Source: Hydrolagus affinis
Lineage: Eukaryota
Reading direction: 5' to 3'
Assembly (NCBI GenBank): GCA_012026655.1
Contig: JAAILG010000133.1
Span: 62,001-126,000 of the forward strand
DNA length: 64,000 bases
The notes below the pieces were generated by a model, which did not search any database, was not told the DNA's origin, and saw only the letters and a list, made by a program, of their open reading frames with translations. The position numbers and the translations under genes were made by a program. Positions 13,891 through 27,960 of this stretch are shown in pieces (positions within the stretch are counted from its first letter, which is position 1; every line of letters begins with the position of its first letter).

Positions 13891-16800
13891 GGGGGAATAT
13901 TAAATATAAAACCAGAACAGCATTGTTCTCCAAATGCCAAAATAATAAATCGCCAAATGATTTGCCAGTATTTATACCTGGTTCTGTGCCTGCATCCCCC
14001 CAAGTGATAAGCATCATAGCAGCATAAATGGCTGAATAGGTGAGTGGCTCAGAGGCCCTTGCTGGTGATGTTCTGCTTTCTCGCCAGCTCTCTGCCTCCA
14101 ATCAGGTCTCTGACCTCTTTTGCTTTGGACATTCCTATTAGTATCAGGTCACTGTGTCAGCCTTGCCTTTGGCACAGTGGCCATTCCAGCACATTTCTCT
14201 ATCAAGACAGTTCTGTTATTTGTTGGGTCCATTTAAAGACCTAAAGTATTGGAACAAATTTTTAGTTAAAGATTCTGTTCCTCTCCACCCCTTCTGACTC
14301 GCTCCCCCATGTTTCTTTAAATCCCCAGTCAAAACCTACCTTCCTTCCGCGCCAATGATCACCATCCCTTTCCGTCTCCAGGACATTCATCCACCGCCCC
14401 CACCCCACCACCCACACTCCCACCCACATCTGAACTGTTTGACAAAGTACAAGGATCTAGTGCCTTCAGCTCAGCATGTGTTTACTCGCAATACTCTCAG
14501 ACACTGGGTTTGGGGAGTGAGTGTGGCAGATCGGGACAGAGCACAGGTTTTCCCTGGCACCTTACCTGTTGGGAATTTTCAGTCCTGGAGTTAAGCCAGG
14601 AAGGAGGAGGATATTCTGACCGATGTGAGGTGCAATCCTTGTGGTTTGTAATGTACACCAGATGGTGTTTCCGCAACACACTGAAAGAGTTGAGAATTCC
14701 AAAGTGTTCTGGGTGGCAAAGGGTTGATAGGCTGTCAAACCGAGAAGTTCCTTCAGTCAGTATAGATGTCTAAGCGTTTGTCATGTGCTGAGCTCAGCGT
14801 GGTGAACAGAATGATTTCCATCTGCTGAGGTTCTGCAGTGGCCAATCTGCATTTTCCACTTACTAAATGTGGAGACAACTTGACACTGTACCACAAGGAA
14901 ATAACTCCTGATGGAATACCATCTCCAGCTGACAAACTGGGCCTGAGAGTTATTTATATAGCACTCTACAATTAGATCTCAAACTAACGAGGAATCTTTT
15001 GCTTTTCATTTTGCAGACAACTTCTGGCCAAAAGATGTACAGTAATACAATATAACACCATCCACTTTTACATCCTGTGTTAAAATGCCCAGTGAGCATC
15101 TCGACCACAGCCCACCTTTACTTGCGTTTTAAGACTATACTGCATTGCACAATAGGGATGTGCAGAAAATCTACCCTGGCAACAAGTAATCAACAGCTCA
15201 CATCTCACACATAAAACAATGAGTTTGGGCGGCCGGTTCATTGGAAATTTGGATGAATTTGTAGAAAATTTAGATTAGGAGAAAAACATACCCGAGGTTA
15301 TACAGCGAGAGAATGAATTAGCGTATCATGGCAGCGGTGCTTTGCTATGAGAACAATAGCATCTGCTGCAGCATTTCACTGAGTACTGTATTATTGTATA
15401 ACCACCCACAGCTGAAACCTGATGAGCAGGTGCCAAAAACACAGACTTGATACAAATCAGAAGTGAAGTCAGAAATGGCATAATATGCTGAACGTGCATC
15501 TGTCTAACCAGACTTGGCTTGATTTCTGACATCTTATACAAGTTCCTTGCCAGACCATCAAACAAATAGGCCTGTTTCAATTTGTATCACAGGAAAATGT
15601 TCCACAAAAGATGCACAGTATTCTATAAACTGCTTTATGATTGACGGAGCACGGCTTTGAATTCAGTGCCAACTGCAGTCAGCTTCAGGCAGCCCCAGGA
15701 CACCAGATAATATTCTCACTAGTTTGAATTGAGATTTTACCGAAAGTGAAGATTTGCTGTCTTCATTTTCAATTTAAGATTATTCAAGCGCTAACCTGAA
15801 AGTTTTATTCCATTTTCCTCTTCACCTGTTTACAGATCTTCCGTGGATGTTGTCGAGAGAGTTAGGATGACGTCCTGTTCAGGACTATTTTTTCCTCATT
15901 AAAGTTCATAAATTTCTCCCCTAAGTTGATAAATTCCCCACAGATTTCTATGAACACCTCCATCATATTCAATCCAACCTGAAGACATGTTTCACTTCAC
16001 ATTATCTTACGTTTTTTTTCCCAAGATATTGTTAATGTAGTCTTTATAAACATTAGTGATCTCACAGAGATCTGTAACCTTCCCTTTGTATGTTCTAGGT
16101 GACAATTTCAGCTGCATCCCCAACGTCACAGTGATCGTGAAGGCAACCTTGTGCATTATTGTCCATTTCCTTGAAACCATACACTGCGCCTCCAAGGGCA
16201 AACATGGCTGCTCCGATCACCCACTGACAGAAAATTCGCTGAAGTCAAACTCATTCTTTATGACAACTTATAGAGCAATAATGTGATTTTTTAAAAATAA
16301 TTTATGTTGGCACCATATGATTAATTTCATTGTTCTACTGATAAATGTATATTGAGAGATTATTATTTTATTATTATAACATTTAACATAGTAATTATTC
16401 TATTTATTATGCAATTTATATCACGCCTTTTATGATGGGAGTATTTCTCAAAACATCTCACATGATTTACTGTAAAGTGGAGTGACTACATTTTGTAGGA
16501 GAATGCGGCTGCCAATTTGTGCACAATTCACAAACAATTTGTCCCACAAACAATGAATTGAATGGCCAATTTTATTAGAGGATTGTTGGCCAGGATACCA
16601 GCAGAGAGAATGATAATGATAAAACACGTACTCCGGTAATTGGCTCGCTATACAAGAGTAATTGTTTTGTTGTTGTTCTAATTGCATTTTTAAAAAGCTT
16701 TCTGCAGTTTAATGTGAGTGGAGACTGAAATAGGTCCCTTCCGCACCAATGTACCTTTGTCAGTTTCTGAAAGCAAAGCCGGCGATGCTTTTTACTGCTT

Positions 16801-17513
16801 CAGCTGTATTCAAGGTGATTTTGTGGACAATTATATACAACTCCTTTATGTGGTGCAATCAGTGTTAGTGTCAGTCAGGTCAGCCCGGTTCTCAGTGTAC
16901 GATGAGTTTAACAAGAATAACTTTCACTTATATAGCGCTCTTCACATGGGGTAGCGTCCCAGAGAGCCAGGGCCACGAGAATATTACAGAGCTCCATGCA
17001 GTATATTCCTTTCTCTACATGAATTCCGTCTCCAATTTGCTGCACGTAAGTTCTGGAGCTTATTTTTCCAGCCATAAATATAAATGGGAAAATGTATGGA
17101 AAGTGATGGGAGCAGCAGTAACCCATGAGATCTGTTCTCGATGTGTTTGCGAGGCAGGGACTTGATCCTCTCCTCAGTGCACGTCAAACCTCAACAACAA
17201 CAGCAAAATCAAATGTGCCTGGGAGTGTAATCACACTTAGCAAATCCTTGTCTGGAGTCAATTACTTTTGTTAACTTGTTCCCTCCTAATAGCACAGAGA
17301 TCATTTTACATGGTCAGAATCAAATTGATCCAATTTACTTAAGGAATGAGATGCAGTCAGCAACTAAGAAATGAAGATATCGTTATATATTAGTTATGGT
17401 TCATTCCATGGCATCACTTTATTAATTTACAATGTGGGGACGATAATTGTTGTCTCTTAGTGCCAGCACCATATCAGACCCACTCGCTCAGCACATACAG
17501 CTTTGATCACACC

Positions 17514-17872
17514 CAACAACAACAACTTATACTTATATAGCGCCCTCCATGCCAGGAAGCGTCTCAGAGCGCTTAACAGTGTCAGAGACTGACTCCACGC
17601 TGGGTGGGTGGGGGGGAGGTTGGCGGGAGGCGGCAGCAAGCACAGTCGAAGAGGAAGGTTTTCAGGTGAGACATGAAGACGGGGAGAGAGGGGGTAAGGC
17701 GGAGGAATTGTTGGAGATTGGTGTTCCAGAGTTTGAGAACTTAGTGGCTGAAAATGCAACCTCTGATGGTGGGACGGAGGGTGCGAGTGACGAGCGGGAG
17801 GCGCCGTGTGGTGGTTTGGGGAGTGAGGAGGTCGGAGAGGTTAGGGAGGTGCCAGGAAGCGAGTAGATTTGA
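17514..17872 (-). mobile_element. L2 3' fragment, second subfamily (type B tail)
   Basis: Minus strand ORF2 end (RPTIRGCIFSH, FSxxxPxLSNS-like) then AAGCGCTCTGAGACGCTTCCTGGCATGGAGGGCGCTATATAAG(TTG)n; short type B tails also at about 7285-7332(+), 25186-25250(-), 37417-37470(-), 58029-58092(+). Confidence 0.8.
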
Positions 17873-18415
17873 ACACTCGCTCAGCAGCACAGTGTTGATC
17901 AGACCCACTCGCTCAGTGCAACATTGCCTCTGCACTTTCTCAATGATTCCGACTTCACAAGAGCTGTCAGTGCAGCAAGATAGAATTTTCAGTTGGCCTT
18001 TGAATGGAATTTGTGAATTTTATGTCAATTAGTGTGTGTTAATGAGCAGCCCTGCGCTGTATACCCACACTATGAACTCAACTGAGACTGGTACCAATAA
18101 TCAGCAAAACCTGCACTGGATTCAGCCTGAGTCTCCCAAGGATGAAGGATACGAGTTGAGTTCAAATCCATTGCAACACTTGCCACATTCGGTAATTTTA
18201 GCTCCGTCCTGTTGAAATAATCAAATCAAACTAACATTGGGGCAGTCAGGTACATAGTGCACTTTGTCTGTCTCACCTTGATTTTAAGAGTCTGTACCAG
18301 CACTTGTTTTAAAGTTCCAAAAGCCATGGAGTACAGTCATTGACGGGATAAAACCTATTTAAAAATGTTACATCTTTCATTCCCTCCTTTGGATTTGGAA
18401 ACTATTTTACTAATA

Positions 18416-18623
18416 CAGTAAAAGCCCATTTATCCGGCGCCCTCGGGATATGGCCAATGCCGGTTAAAGCGCATGCCGCATATTCGGCCGAAAACACCCC
18501 CAAATTTTTTTTAAATGCATTGTGCCGGATAAATTCCGGTTAATCGAATGTGGACCGTTTTTTGAGGTGCCAGTTATACGGAAGTTATGATTGATCGGGT
18601 CACAGATAAACAGGTTTTTACTG
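18416..18623. mobile_element. Tc1/mariner (pogo/Tigger-like) MITE, 208 bp
   Basis: TIRs CAGTAAAAGCCCATTTATCCG / CAGTAAAAACCTGTTTATCTG (17/21), flanked by TA on both sides; internal CCGG(T/A)TAA repeats. Confidence 0.85.
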
Positions 18624-21600
18624 TAATACATTATAATATTAAGGTGAAACCACAAATGTAAGGTTTATTATCAGTGGCTTTACAACACAAAGCTCCTTAT
18701 ATGTTGTCAATTTGGTTCTTGACTCCCATTTCTTATTCATTGTATTTTGTAAAGTGCTTTGAGACATTTCAAGCCTATAAGTGTGACTTGTTGTTGAAAC
18801 AAATCCAATTATAGAATCATAGCAATTTATGGTCCAGAAGGACACCATTCAGCCCATCAAATCTGCACCAGCTCTCAGAGAAAGCTGTCTATTCAATCGC
18901 ATACATTACTGTTCAGCTCTCTGCATGGAGGGCAGAGTGAGCATAGTGTATCTGCAAAACGTCCTGTCCACTGATGTCATCAAACACCCAAACAAGAAAA
19001 AAATCACTGATACTTAAAACTGCTTAACCTGTCTGCTGTGTAGATCTAAATGATTTTCAAATGTAATCAGTGGCTGAGCAGAGGGTAGGATGTTTGTGTG
19101 TGAGGTACCCAGAGGGCACAATTAAAAAACTAATTACATAATCAATGTTGATTTCCATACTTCTCTAATGGCCCCCGCCGTGCATATACCACCTTGTATT
19201 TTTCACACAGAATTAACAGCAGTCGATTGTGTGGGAGTTTTGTTTGCAATTGTTAATGACAACAGGATTGAGATGATTTCAACCACTTTCTCCATTTGGC
19301 CACAAGATGGCCTGGTTGGGTTTTCAAATCTATCTGCAGAGTAGATATTTGGGTCGGGGAATGGGGTTGGTGTGCTTGTTTAGTTGTTCAAAGGATGTTA
19401 TATTTATTAATCTAGTTTGGAAGCAGAATTAGTTTTTTGGTTTGAAATTAAAACTGCTATAGGATTTTTCGTTTATTGCTCTGCAGAAGGTGATTTTTTT
19501 AAAAAAAACTTAGTTTAAATTGCTTTGTTTAATTACTTTAGCAACATAGAAATCCACCACAAAACAGGGAGCCATTCGACCCATTAGAGGGGGTGTTTTC
19601 AGTTCCAAGGAAGCTGTCTATCCTAACCCCAATTAAAATTGGAAATTTGAGAGATATTTATTGGAATGAAAAACCAGCTGAACCTCTCCCTGCTCCCGGG
19701 TCTTCCTGCCATTACTGTGAGGGGTGGGAGCTGTGGGACGTTTGCTCAAGTGCTCGGTTAATTTGCCATCAATGACTCATCTGCCTGTATTGCAGCTCAG
19801 CACGTTCCCATGTGGGATAAACTGAGAACAGAAAACACTTTGGGGGGAAAATCATGTACTTGAACCTGACAGCGAGTCACGGCACCCCAGTTAGCTCTAT
19901 GATAATCTGCAAGGTAGCCATACTGTTCTTTTTGAACACAGTGGGTTACAGAATACCTACAGAGTATCCTTGGGAATGTATAGTTCATACAGAAGTGTTT
20001 GCAGGAAAAACTCTACCATCCCCAGTAGAGGAGCTGCAGCTTTCTGTATTGATGTAGCAATTGAGAAGAGAGGGCAGTTCACTTTCCATTATGAAAGACT
20101 AGCACACGAGATTTGATTAATTATGTACATCCAATGTTTTGGGGACCTACTTAATAATGCAAAGTACATCTGTCTATATTTTGTTGAGATGCAGACACAC
20201 AGATTCCACCGCCCCCGGGCTTCACAGCGGCCCAAGCCAGATAAACAGAGCTGAGATAGCAGCAGTGCGGGAACAGAGAAATGTTCTGAACAGTTGGTTT
20301 GTGACATTGTGAAGCTTCTGATAATTAACTCTGGATCAAGAGAGGATTAGCATTGACTTGCTGGGATAACTCTGGTAATGTCAGATTCCGTTACTCCATA
20401 ACAGATTGAACTAGTATAAGATATCCGCCGGCTATCCAAACATTCTGCTTGAAAATTGGAGTAGTGGCTTTGCATTAAAAACTTATTTATCAATTTTGTA
20501 TTTTATTTTGACCATGATTAACTTCGAGGTATTATTATGGGCTTTCATGTTCCAACACATTACTAAATGTCCTGAATGTTCAGCACCTTGGGACATCCTC
20601 CTGACTGAAAGACGCTCTATTAGTGTAATTTTGTTGTTGTTGTTGTAAATCTGTGAAGCAATGTGCAGTAGGAGAATTAGCCTGTGAGAGGGCCCTATAC
20701 AGGTTTTAGTGCCTTTGGGACCAGAGAGAATCTATGGCAAGTGATACTCTGGGAGATTCAGTGAGCCCCATGATGAAGATGAGTGTTTCTTGACTTTTGC
20801 ACCTGAGTTCCAATATGTTGCCACATAACTTCCCATCTAAGTCACTAGATCGCAATTATGCAATCGCTGCATCGTGCAGTAAATCCTGTGAAACTTTCTG
20901 AGGCATGTTCCTGAGATGAAAGGCGTCGGATCAAATGCAAGGATTATTTTAAATATGAAACTACCTCCCTCCTGAGTTGAAGTCACACGTAATAAAATAA
21001 TAAACCTTGCATTTGATATTGCGCCTTATCACGTCTTCTCATTAAGAAGATTAAAAATGAATATATGTGATTTCAGGCAGCTTTATAATAAAACTCAAGA
21101 TGGATTTTTCTTTTAAGGATTTGCAAAAAAAAAAAAAACATTAAATCACCAGGCCATCACAGATGAGAACATAAAACTAAATGCAGTTGCACTGAGGGAT
21201 TAGTTCCAAATTCATTTACTGACAGAGCTTCGATCCTTCAGGATTGCCATTAATCAGCCACCAACAGGGCCATTAATCGTCCTCATATCTAATTTCAAAA
21301 TTAAATCATCCAACTGTTCCATAATCCACAGGAGATACTGAGACGGACATCAGGTACGCAAGCCATCTTCTTGTTCTCACTGACCACAAACATCTTACCT
21401 TTGTGGCATTGAATGAAATTAAGTGGCAGTAAGAGATCCTCACATGGCTTAGACCTCATGTGCATAAAGGATTATTTAGGTTGAGGAGATTGAGGAGAAT
21501 TCTTAGATTCATGTCCTAATTTCCAAACCGTTTTTTTCTGCAGCGATTAAACCCACTTCAAAACCATGCATTGGGCTAGGGCACAGCAAGATCTCCCAAA

Positions 21601-23360
21601 GCAGTCACAAAGCTAACCAGCAACTTAATGTGGAGGATTCTCAGCCTCAACAATGTCACTCCTCCATCATTATCCATGTTAGCATCGACCTGCACAGGCC
21701 AAGATAGAAAACCAGCTTAACCACTCTTCCAACATAACGCTCCTCACACTTCCGCATTGGAACATCAGATTGGATGGGGAGCTTGAAGTTCCCAATGAAC
21801 TCACAACCTTGAGACCCAGAGAAGAAAGTGACTCCGGCTGAGGCAGGGCTTGGTTGGCAGCACTTGTGCAGGTGAGAGAAAAGGGTTTGCCTTTTCGAGC
21901 TGTTTTTTTTTCCTGATAACCATGTACCCTGGCAGATCAACGGGCAGTGCTCGTGTTCATTGTTCTCAGCAAATTGGTACACACATGAAAACTGGAGATA
22001 ACTAGATCACTGCACCGCGATATCTTACTGCCTCTCAGTGCAGTGATGAATTAACAAAATCATTGAGCGAAACAGAGAAACCTTACCCAAGGCAGTGACA
22101 AGTGCCATCCGTGTGTTGATGTAAAAAGACTGCGATCATCACATAAAACAAACACTCCAATTGCTGTTCGGGTCTCACCCACACTCCTGAAAATGTCCCA
22201 GAACTATCTTGTCATGACACTGTTTCCATTGAATCATTTGTTGTTGGGAAATGACAGAAACTCGGCGGATTTATTATCGCGGATGTAATTTTTCAGTTTA
22301 TCACCTTTCCTGAGGGAGAAACTAAGTCGAGCCCAGCACATTACAAGCTGTGGCTGAGATGATTTATTTTGCAATGTTACTGTACTGAGCACAGTTTACG
22401 AACAGATCCGCTTAATTCTGAGAGGTCAAACTGGCTGTCATTAAATTCAACCCTAATCCCAGCCCAACCCAAGCTATCACACCATTTTACTGAGACAGTC
22501 ATCAGAGAATCATAATAAAAACCTGTGTGTTTCTCGCACTAACCAGACACCCTAATGTATAACTAACTATCAGTGAAGGGCCACGGAATTGCTGCCACTT
22601 TACGTTTCTTTGGTGGACGTTACTAATCGTGCAACACACATTAACAAGTGAAACATCAAAGCATAACAATATTGTGTAAATAGCCAAGGGAGGTTTTACA
22701 GGTACAGAAACATCACCATCTGCTTTTATACATTACAGAAGATAATAAAACAACTGATCAGCATAAATCATAACTTTGCTGCAAGACTCAATTCATATTG
22801 ACGCTGAATGCTTGATATTGTAAGTAATCCCTAATGCAAGTCTGGAAAGCACACAAGCAACAAAGTGAAAGGATTAAATTATATTTTAATATGTATCAAG
22901 AGTTATACATTGGCAAAACTACCCAAGCTACATCAGCCTGCTGCCTCACCATAATACTAATAATAACCCATATGTTTGACACAGCGCCTTTCATTGTGCT
23001 TCACAGAATATAATGTAAACTGTAAGGACTGTGTATTTTCTAGGCCAATTTGTGCGCATCAAAATGTGAAGTATGGTTGGTGGAGCAGCCACTTACCGTG
23101 AACGGGATAGACCACAGCGTCTGACACATTCCATTCTGTTTGAATAGTTCCAACGGTTAGATCTGGTTCTAAACCATTCATGGTAGAAAGGATTCGATTC
23201 CAAATAAGGCCAAGCTTTTCAAGTGAACACAGATAACAGAGGGCTAGCCATGACATGCTGAGCAGTCACACAACACAGGGAGATTGATGAAGATTGATGA
23301 AGGCAATACTCAAGCAGCTGGTTGTTGTTTTATGGTACAAGTTGGTTCTCAAGTTGAAAC

Positions 23361-23470
23361 AATAATAATAGTAATCCTTGCATTTGATATAGAGCTTTTC
23401 ACATCTTATCGACGTCTCAAAGCACTTCACAGAATATCGTGTAAAGTGAATTGACTGTATATTTGTGGGC
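23361..23470 (-). mobile_element. SINE 3' fragment abutting the Penelope-like element
   Basis: AATAATAGTAATCCTTGCATTTGATATAG...ATTTGTGGGC. Confidence 0.85.
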
Positions 23471-23658
23471 AGATTCTGGAAATCTGAAACAAAAACAGAA
23501 AGCAAGTCAGGCAGCATCTATGGAAAAAGGAAAAGTGAGTCGACGTTTCGGGTCCAGATCTGACAAAGGATCATGGACCCGAAACGTTGATTCACTTTTC
23601 CTTTCTCTCCATAGAAGCTCCCTGACCTGCTGAGTATTCCCAGCCATTTTTGTTTTGT
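23470..23658. mobile_element. Palindromic Penelope-like terminus with degenerate hammerhead core
   Basis: Inverted arms GTCAGGCAGCATCTATGGA...GTTTCGGGTCCA / TGGACCCGAAACG...CCTGAC; core CTGACAA-A-GGATC..GACCC-GAAACGTT at 23560-23588. Confidence 0.7.
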
Positions 23659-25311
23659 TACCTCTCTTGCAACCCTGTCTCCTCCAGCCTCTACACTGGA
23701 GGTCAACCTAGACTTTGAGCTCCTTCTGACCCAGAGCTGAGAGTGCTGACAACCAGACTGACAACCGATGAGTAAGCTTTCAGCAGGTTCACACCGCTGT
23801 GTGGAACTCTGCCTGAATCCTCTCCGTCCCTCCCTCGGCTTTCAAAAGCCATTTCAAATATGTTTATGCCATCAGCCACCTGACCCAGTCTTGCACTCGG
23901 CTCAAGAACTCACTCCATCCCTTTCTGTGAAGCACTTTGTGACCGCCACCTGTGTGAAAGCCGCTGTTTTAAGCACAAGCTGCTGTTGTTCAAATCTTGT
24001 GATGGTAAAATAAACCAGATTAGCTTCTGAGAAAACATTTTCGTTTGAAGTGCTCGCCGAGTTCAATCTATTTTCTGAAGTGAAGAGAGATGTAGTTTTT
24101 ATGTAGCAACAATTCAAGGGGATTTACATGTTTGGCGATCCATCTATTCCCTGCTATTCTCCATTGTCGTGCCAACTGCCTTCTCCAGGGTCCATGCCAT
24201 CTCAAGCCAGCCTTACCACACACAGTTGGCCTAGTCAAGATGTGAACATTTAATTTGTTCTATTGTGATATTAGAAAAATCTGGAGTTGCGTTCAGTTAG
24301 AGATAGGGTAAATTCTGGATATTTGGGACTTTGACAGACCATTTTGCCCCAAGTGGATGTTGACAATGGCTTTTCCAAATATACTCATGAGCCACGTGGA
24401 GCACATTTCCCCATTGAAACAGCCAATAGCCTGTTACGTAGCAACCTCTCAGAATAAACGTTATTCCAGCTGTGGAGGTAAATGCAAGGGGACAGTTTAG
24501 CAAACTAATTTGATCTTTGTGATATTTCACGCTGTGCAGTGTTTGAAATATATATGAGAGCTGCATTACTAAACCCATTTAGCATACGTCAAATTAACAT
24601 TACAGTTAATTTGAGCTCACATAAATTACACAGCTCCACAACTGTTCAGAATTAGGTGAAATTTTAATTAGAAATCCCATCAAGATTTTACGATTGTTCA
24701 TCTCAGTGTAATCTCTTTATCTTTAGCCCTTTTAGAACATTCATTATCTCAAGCAGGACAGTAGTGGAGATGCCACAAGTTGTCCTTGAGGCCTTGAATG
24801 AGGAGGAAAGGATTTCTCATTCTAGTTTTGTTGTGTGTTTGTGTGTGTGTGCGTCTGTGTGTGTTGGCAGGGAGGGGGGCATCCAAGTCATAGACATTCA
24901 TGTTCTGATTAAAAAGAAGGAAACGGGTGTAACTGTAGGAAAGATTGTGACATAAATGGCACTGTCTGGTGCCTAACAGATTGCTGTAAATTGATGTAAT
25001 GTGTTAATGCAGCCTCGGGATTCAACGGATAATCAATGATCATCAAGCATCACTCTCGTGTCTTTTCAATCCTTGATTGGATTTCACCGAGTAGTGATTC
25101 ACTTACACGGGACCATTAGCTGCAGGATAGGTTAACCACAATCTATCGGGACCTGTCAGTTGTCAATTCAATAAACTTAAAGCCATCAACAACATCAACA
25201 ACTTCGATTTATATAGCGCCCTCCACACCGGATGGCATCTCAGAGCGCTTAATATCTGAATGTCAGTGGTTCATATATCAGCCACAGAACGGTGGCCATT
25301 GTTATTCCCTC

Positions 25312-25635
25312 ATAATAATAATAATCCTTGTATTTGATATAGCGCTTTTCACATCTTATCGATGTCGCAAAACGCTTCACAGAATATACTGTAAAGTGAA
25401 TTGACTGTATATTTGTGGGCGAAACGCGGCGGCCAATTGCACACAGCGGTGTCTCACAACCAGTCGTGGATTCAAAATGACCAATTTTTATTATTGTGGT
25501 TATTTTTGGGGAGATTATTATTAGATGTGTGGAGTAAGGAAACTTGCCCAAGGTTTTGCCCTGATCTGCCTGGATTCAAACACAGGTATCACGTTTGTAA
25601 GGCGAGTGCTCTAACCACTGAGCTACAGGAGCTCC
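25312..25635 (-). mobile_element. Full-length tRNA-derived Deu-type SINE
   Basis: Minus strand head TGTAGCTCAGTGGTTAGAGCACTCGCCTTACAA (A box), degenerate B box, central GCTGTGTGCAATTGGCCGCC, L2-like tail and (ATT)n. Confidence 0.9.
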
Positions 25636-26742
25636 ACGTGACAGTGATTGGAATGGGACTGGAGTGAGTGTAGGCTGTTCTGGAGTTCTGGCACAGGTAC
25701 CTGCAGGCTTCTGTGCTCAAAAGTTCTCTCATTCTTTAATTCCAGCTGTTTACCAGAAACAGATCCAAAATTCACCCAAAAACCTAATTGGAGTGTTTAT
25801 CCTGCAGAACAAGTGGGTGCAGTAGCTTAGTCTAATTTCAAACCTGTAATTGATTTTTGTAGTTGCATTGATGAAGGTCAATCCTGTAGTTTGGTTTGGG
25901 GTTTGTGATAGGGTCGTCTAATCCCCGGGATTACTTCCAGCAGGTGTCCAGCATTCACTACGGCCTTGTGGTAATGGAGATAAGGTTGGAAGCTACAATG
26001 TCTTGGTTTGACTAATCCAGATGGCCTCTTGCTCACAACCCCGAACATGCACTGACATCCGGCCCATTTTAATGTTTCAGGAGATGTCCTGAGAAGCTGT
26101 GTTTATGATGTTATGAATTTAAGAAGTGACTAACTCCTGTGTTAACTAGAAAGGCTAATTTTTCCAATCGCATATTAAATATATAAATCTACTTCCTGAT
26201 CAATTAACCTGACAAGGTCAAAGATACTAACCGAGTTCTGGAACACTGATTTTTTTTCCTGTTTAAATCAAACCAGGTCATTATGATTGCAACTGGATTG
26301 AAATTAGATTTAACATTGGCATTTTAGAGTAAATTATAACTTAGACGTAAACATTAAAAACTTCCAGACTGGAAGAGTCATTTGTTAGCCCCACAAAATG
26401 ACTGTTGTGGACTTTGTTGTGCTAATGGCACAGTGTTATTTATACTGTAGTTAATGTTGACTCAACACCTTTTGATGGTGTTTAGACACTAGAACAGCCA
26501 AGTAAATGTTGGGAGATAATGCTGTGATTTGATTCCAAGCCCCTACTCTGCAAACCACAGTCAGAGAACCATGGTGAGGATTGGCCTCCCACACCCACAT
26601 CGGCTGCCACGTAAACCGCAGTGTGGAACGTGGCTAATTTCAAAGGAACGTTTCATGTGCTTGTGCAGAGTTTCACGTGGAGAGAGCTGGTCGCTCTTCC
26701 GTCTCTTTGATCAATTTAAACAAAGGACCCAGCATTGCTCAC

Positions 26743-26810
26743 CAGCTGCACACTGCACACAGCTCACCTCCAGGTAATCAGCTACACACTGCACACAGCT
26801 CCACTCCAGG
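26743..26810. repeat. 36-bp tandem duplication
   Basis: CAGCT(G/A)CACACTGCACACAGCTC..CTCCAGG twice (26743, 26779). Confidence 0.85.
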
Positions 26811-27791
26811 CACCATGTCAGAGCCGCCAGTGTAACACAGGCTTCCTGCTCCCAAAACCAACATACTTTGGGTGACGATGCCATGACATAAATGAGGGTT
26901 AAAATCTTGCTCTAAATGCAATGCGTCTGCTTGCTCTGTCACTAGATCTAACCATAGCCCAACCCTGTCAGAACGTGAGTTGCTGCTTTTGCTCCATAAA
27001 GTCAGACTCCTGCTATATCAGTAAGTGTTATACATTCCCGGATGCTACCCCCACTTGAACTACAAGTCGTTGTTGTTGTTGTTGTTGTTGTATAGACTTG
27101 GCTGCTCAGCACCTCTGGGTGGGAAAGTCACTGATTGATGTGCAGGAACTCTGCTTAATCCTAATTCCAGAAAGGCTTAAGTTAGCGAGAGCCAAGAAGT
27201 GACTTGTGGGGAGCCCCAGAGTGCAGAGTAATCTAAGACAATAACAATTCCACATGATTTTACTGAAGAGCTGCTCATTATGCTGTTGGCATCAAATCTA
27301 AATATGCATTTAAAATGATACAACAGAAACCATGAAACTACAGAAAATGGGAAAGTGTTTTCACATCACTAAATTATAACCCCTAGTTTTTTAATTCAAA
27401 TTTCTCTATAATACCAGTACAAATGGGCTGTATCACACATTCTTGTACACATAGTGAGGAGAATGGGGAGATTGTTTGATGGTTGCTAATGTAAGATTAT
27501 TGCCTGCAGCAAAGTATTAGAATCAAGTGTTGTAAAGAAGGAAATTTGGTTCTTGTAATTTTGAAGGTCATAGCTTTTGTAAAGATAACACATTACATTG
27601 CTACCTTCCTACTGTCAACATCCAAATGTCAAACCATATTATTTGTACTGGAATTGTTCCAAATCACGCTACGATTTTGATGCAAATACATTTAATATAA
27701 ATGAAAGTACATCTTGCTGTAGTTTTCTGAAAAGCTTGGATTTGCCAGGATGTCTCTGTGTTATATTGGACACCAAGTAGAAGAGCATGTT

Positions 27792-27960
27792 ACAACAACA
27801 ACAACAACAACAACAACAAAATTACATTTATAGAGCACCTGGAGGACCAGGAGGACGTCCCAAGGCGCTGAACAGTCAGGTCAGGACCCGAGCAAGGAAG
27901 AGGGGCAGGGTAGGGGCCTGGAGGGGAGGGAAAGGGGCAGGGTAGGGCGGTAAGGGTAGG
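27792..27960 (-). mobile_element. L2 3' end (type A) with (AAC)n tail and G-rich UTR
   Basis: GGAGGACGTCCCAAGGCGCTGAACAGTCAGGTCAGGACCCGAGCAA. Confidence 0.85.
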
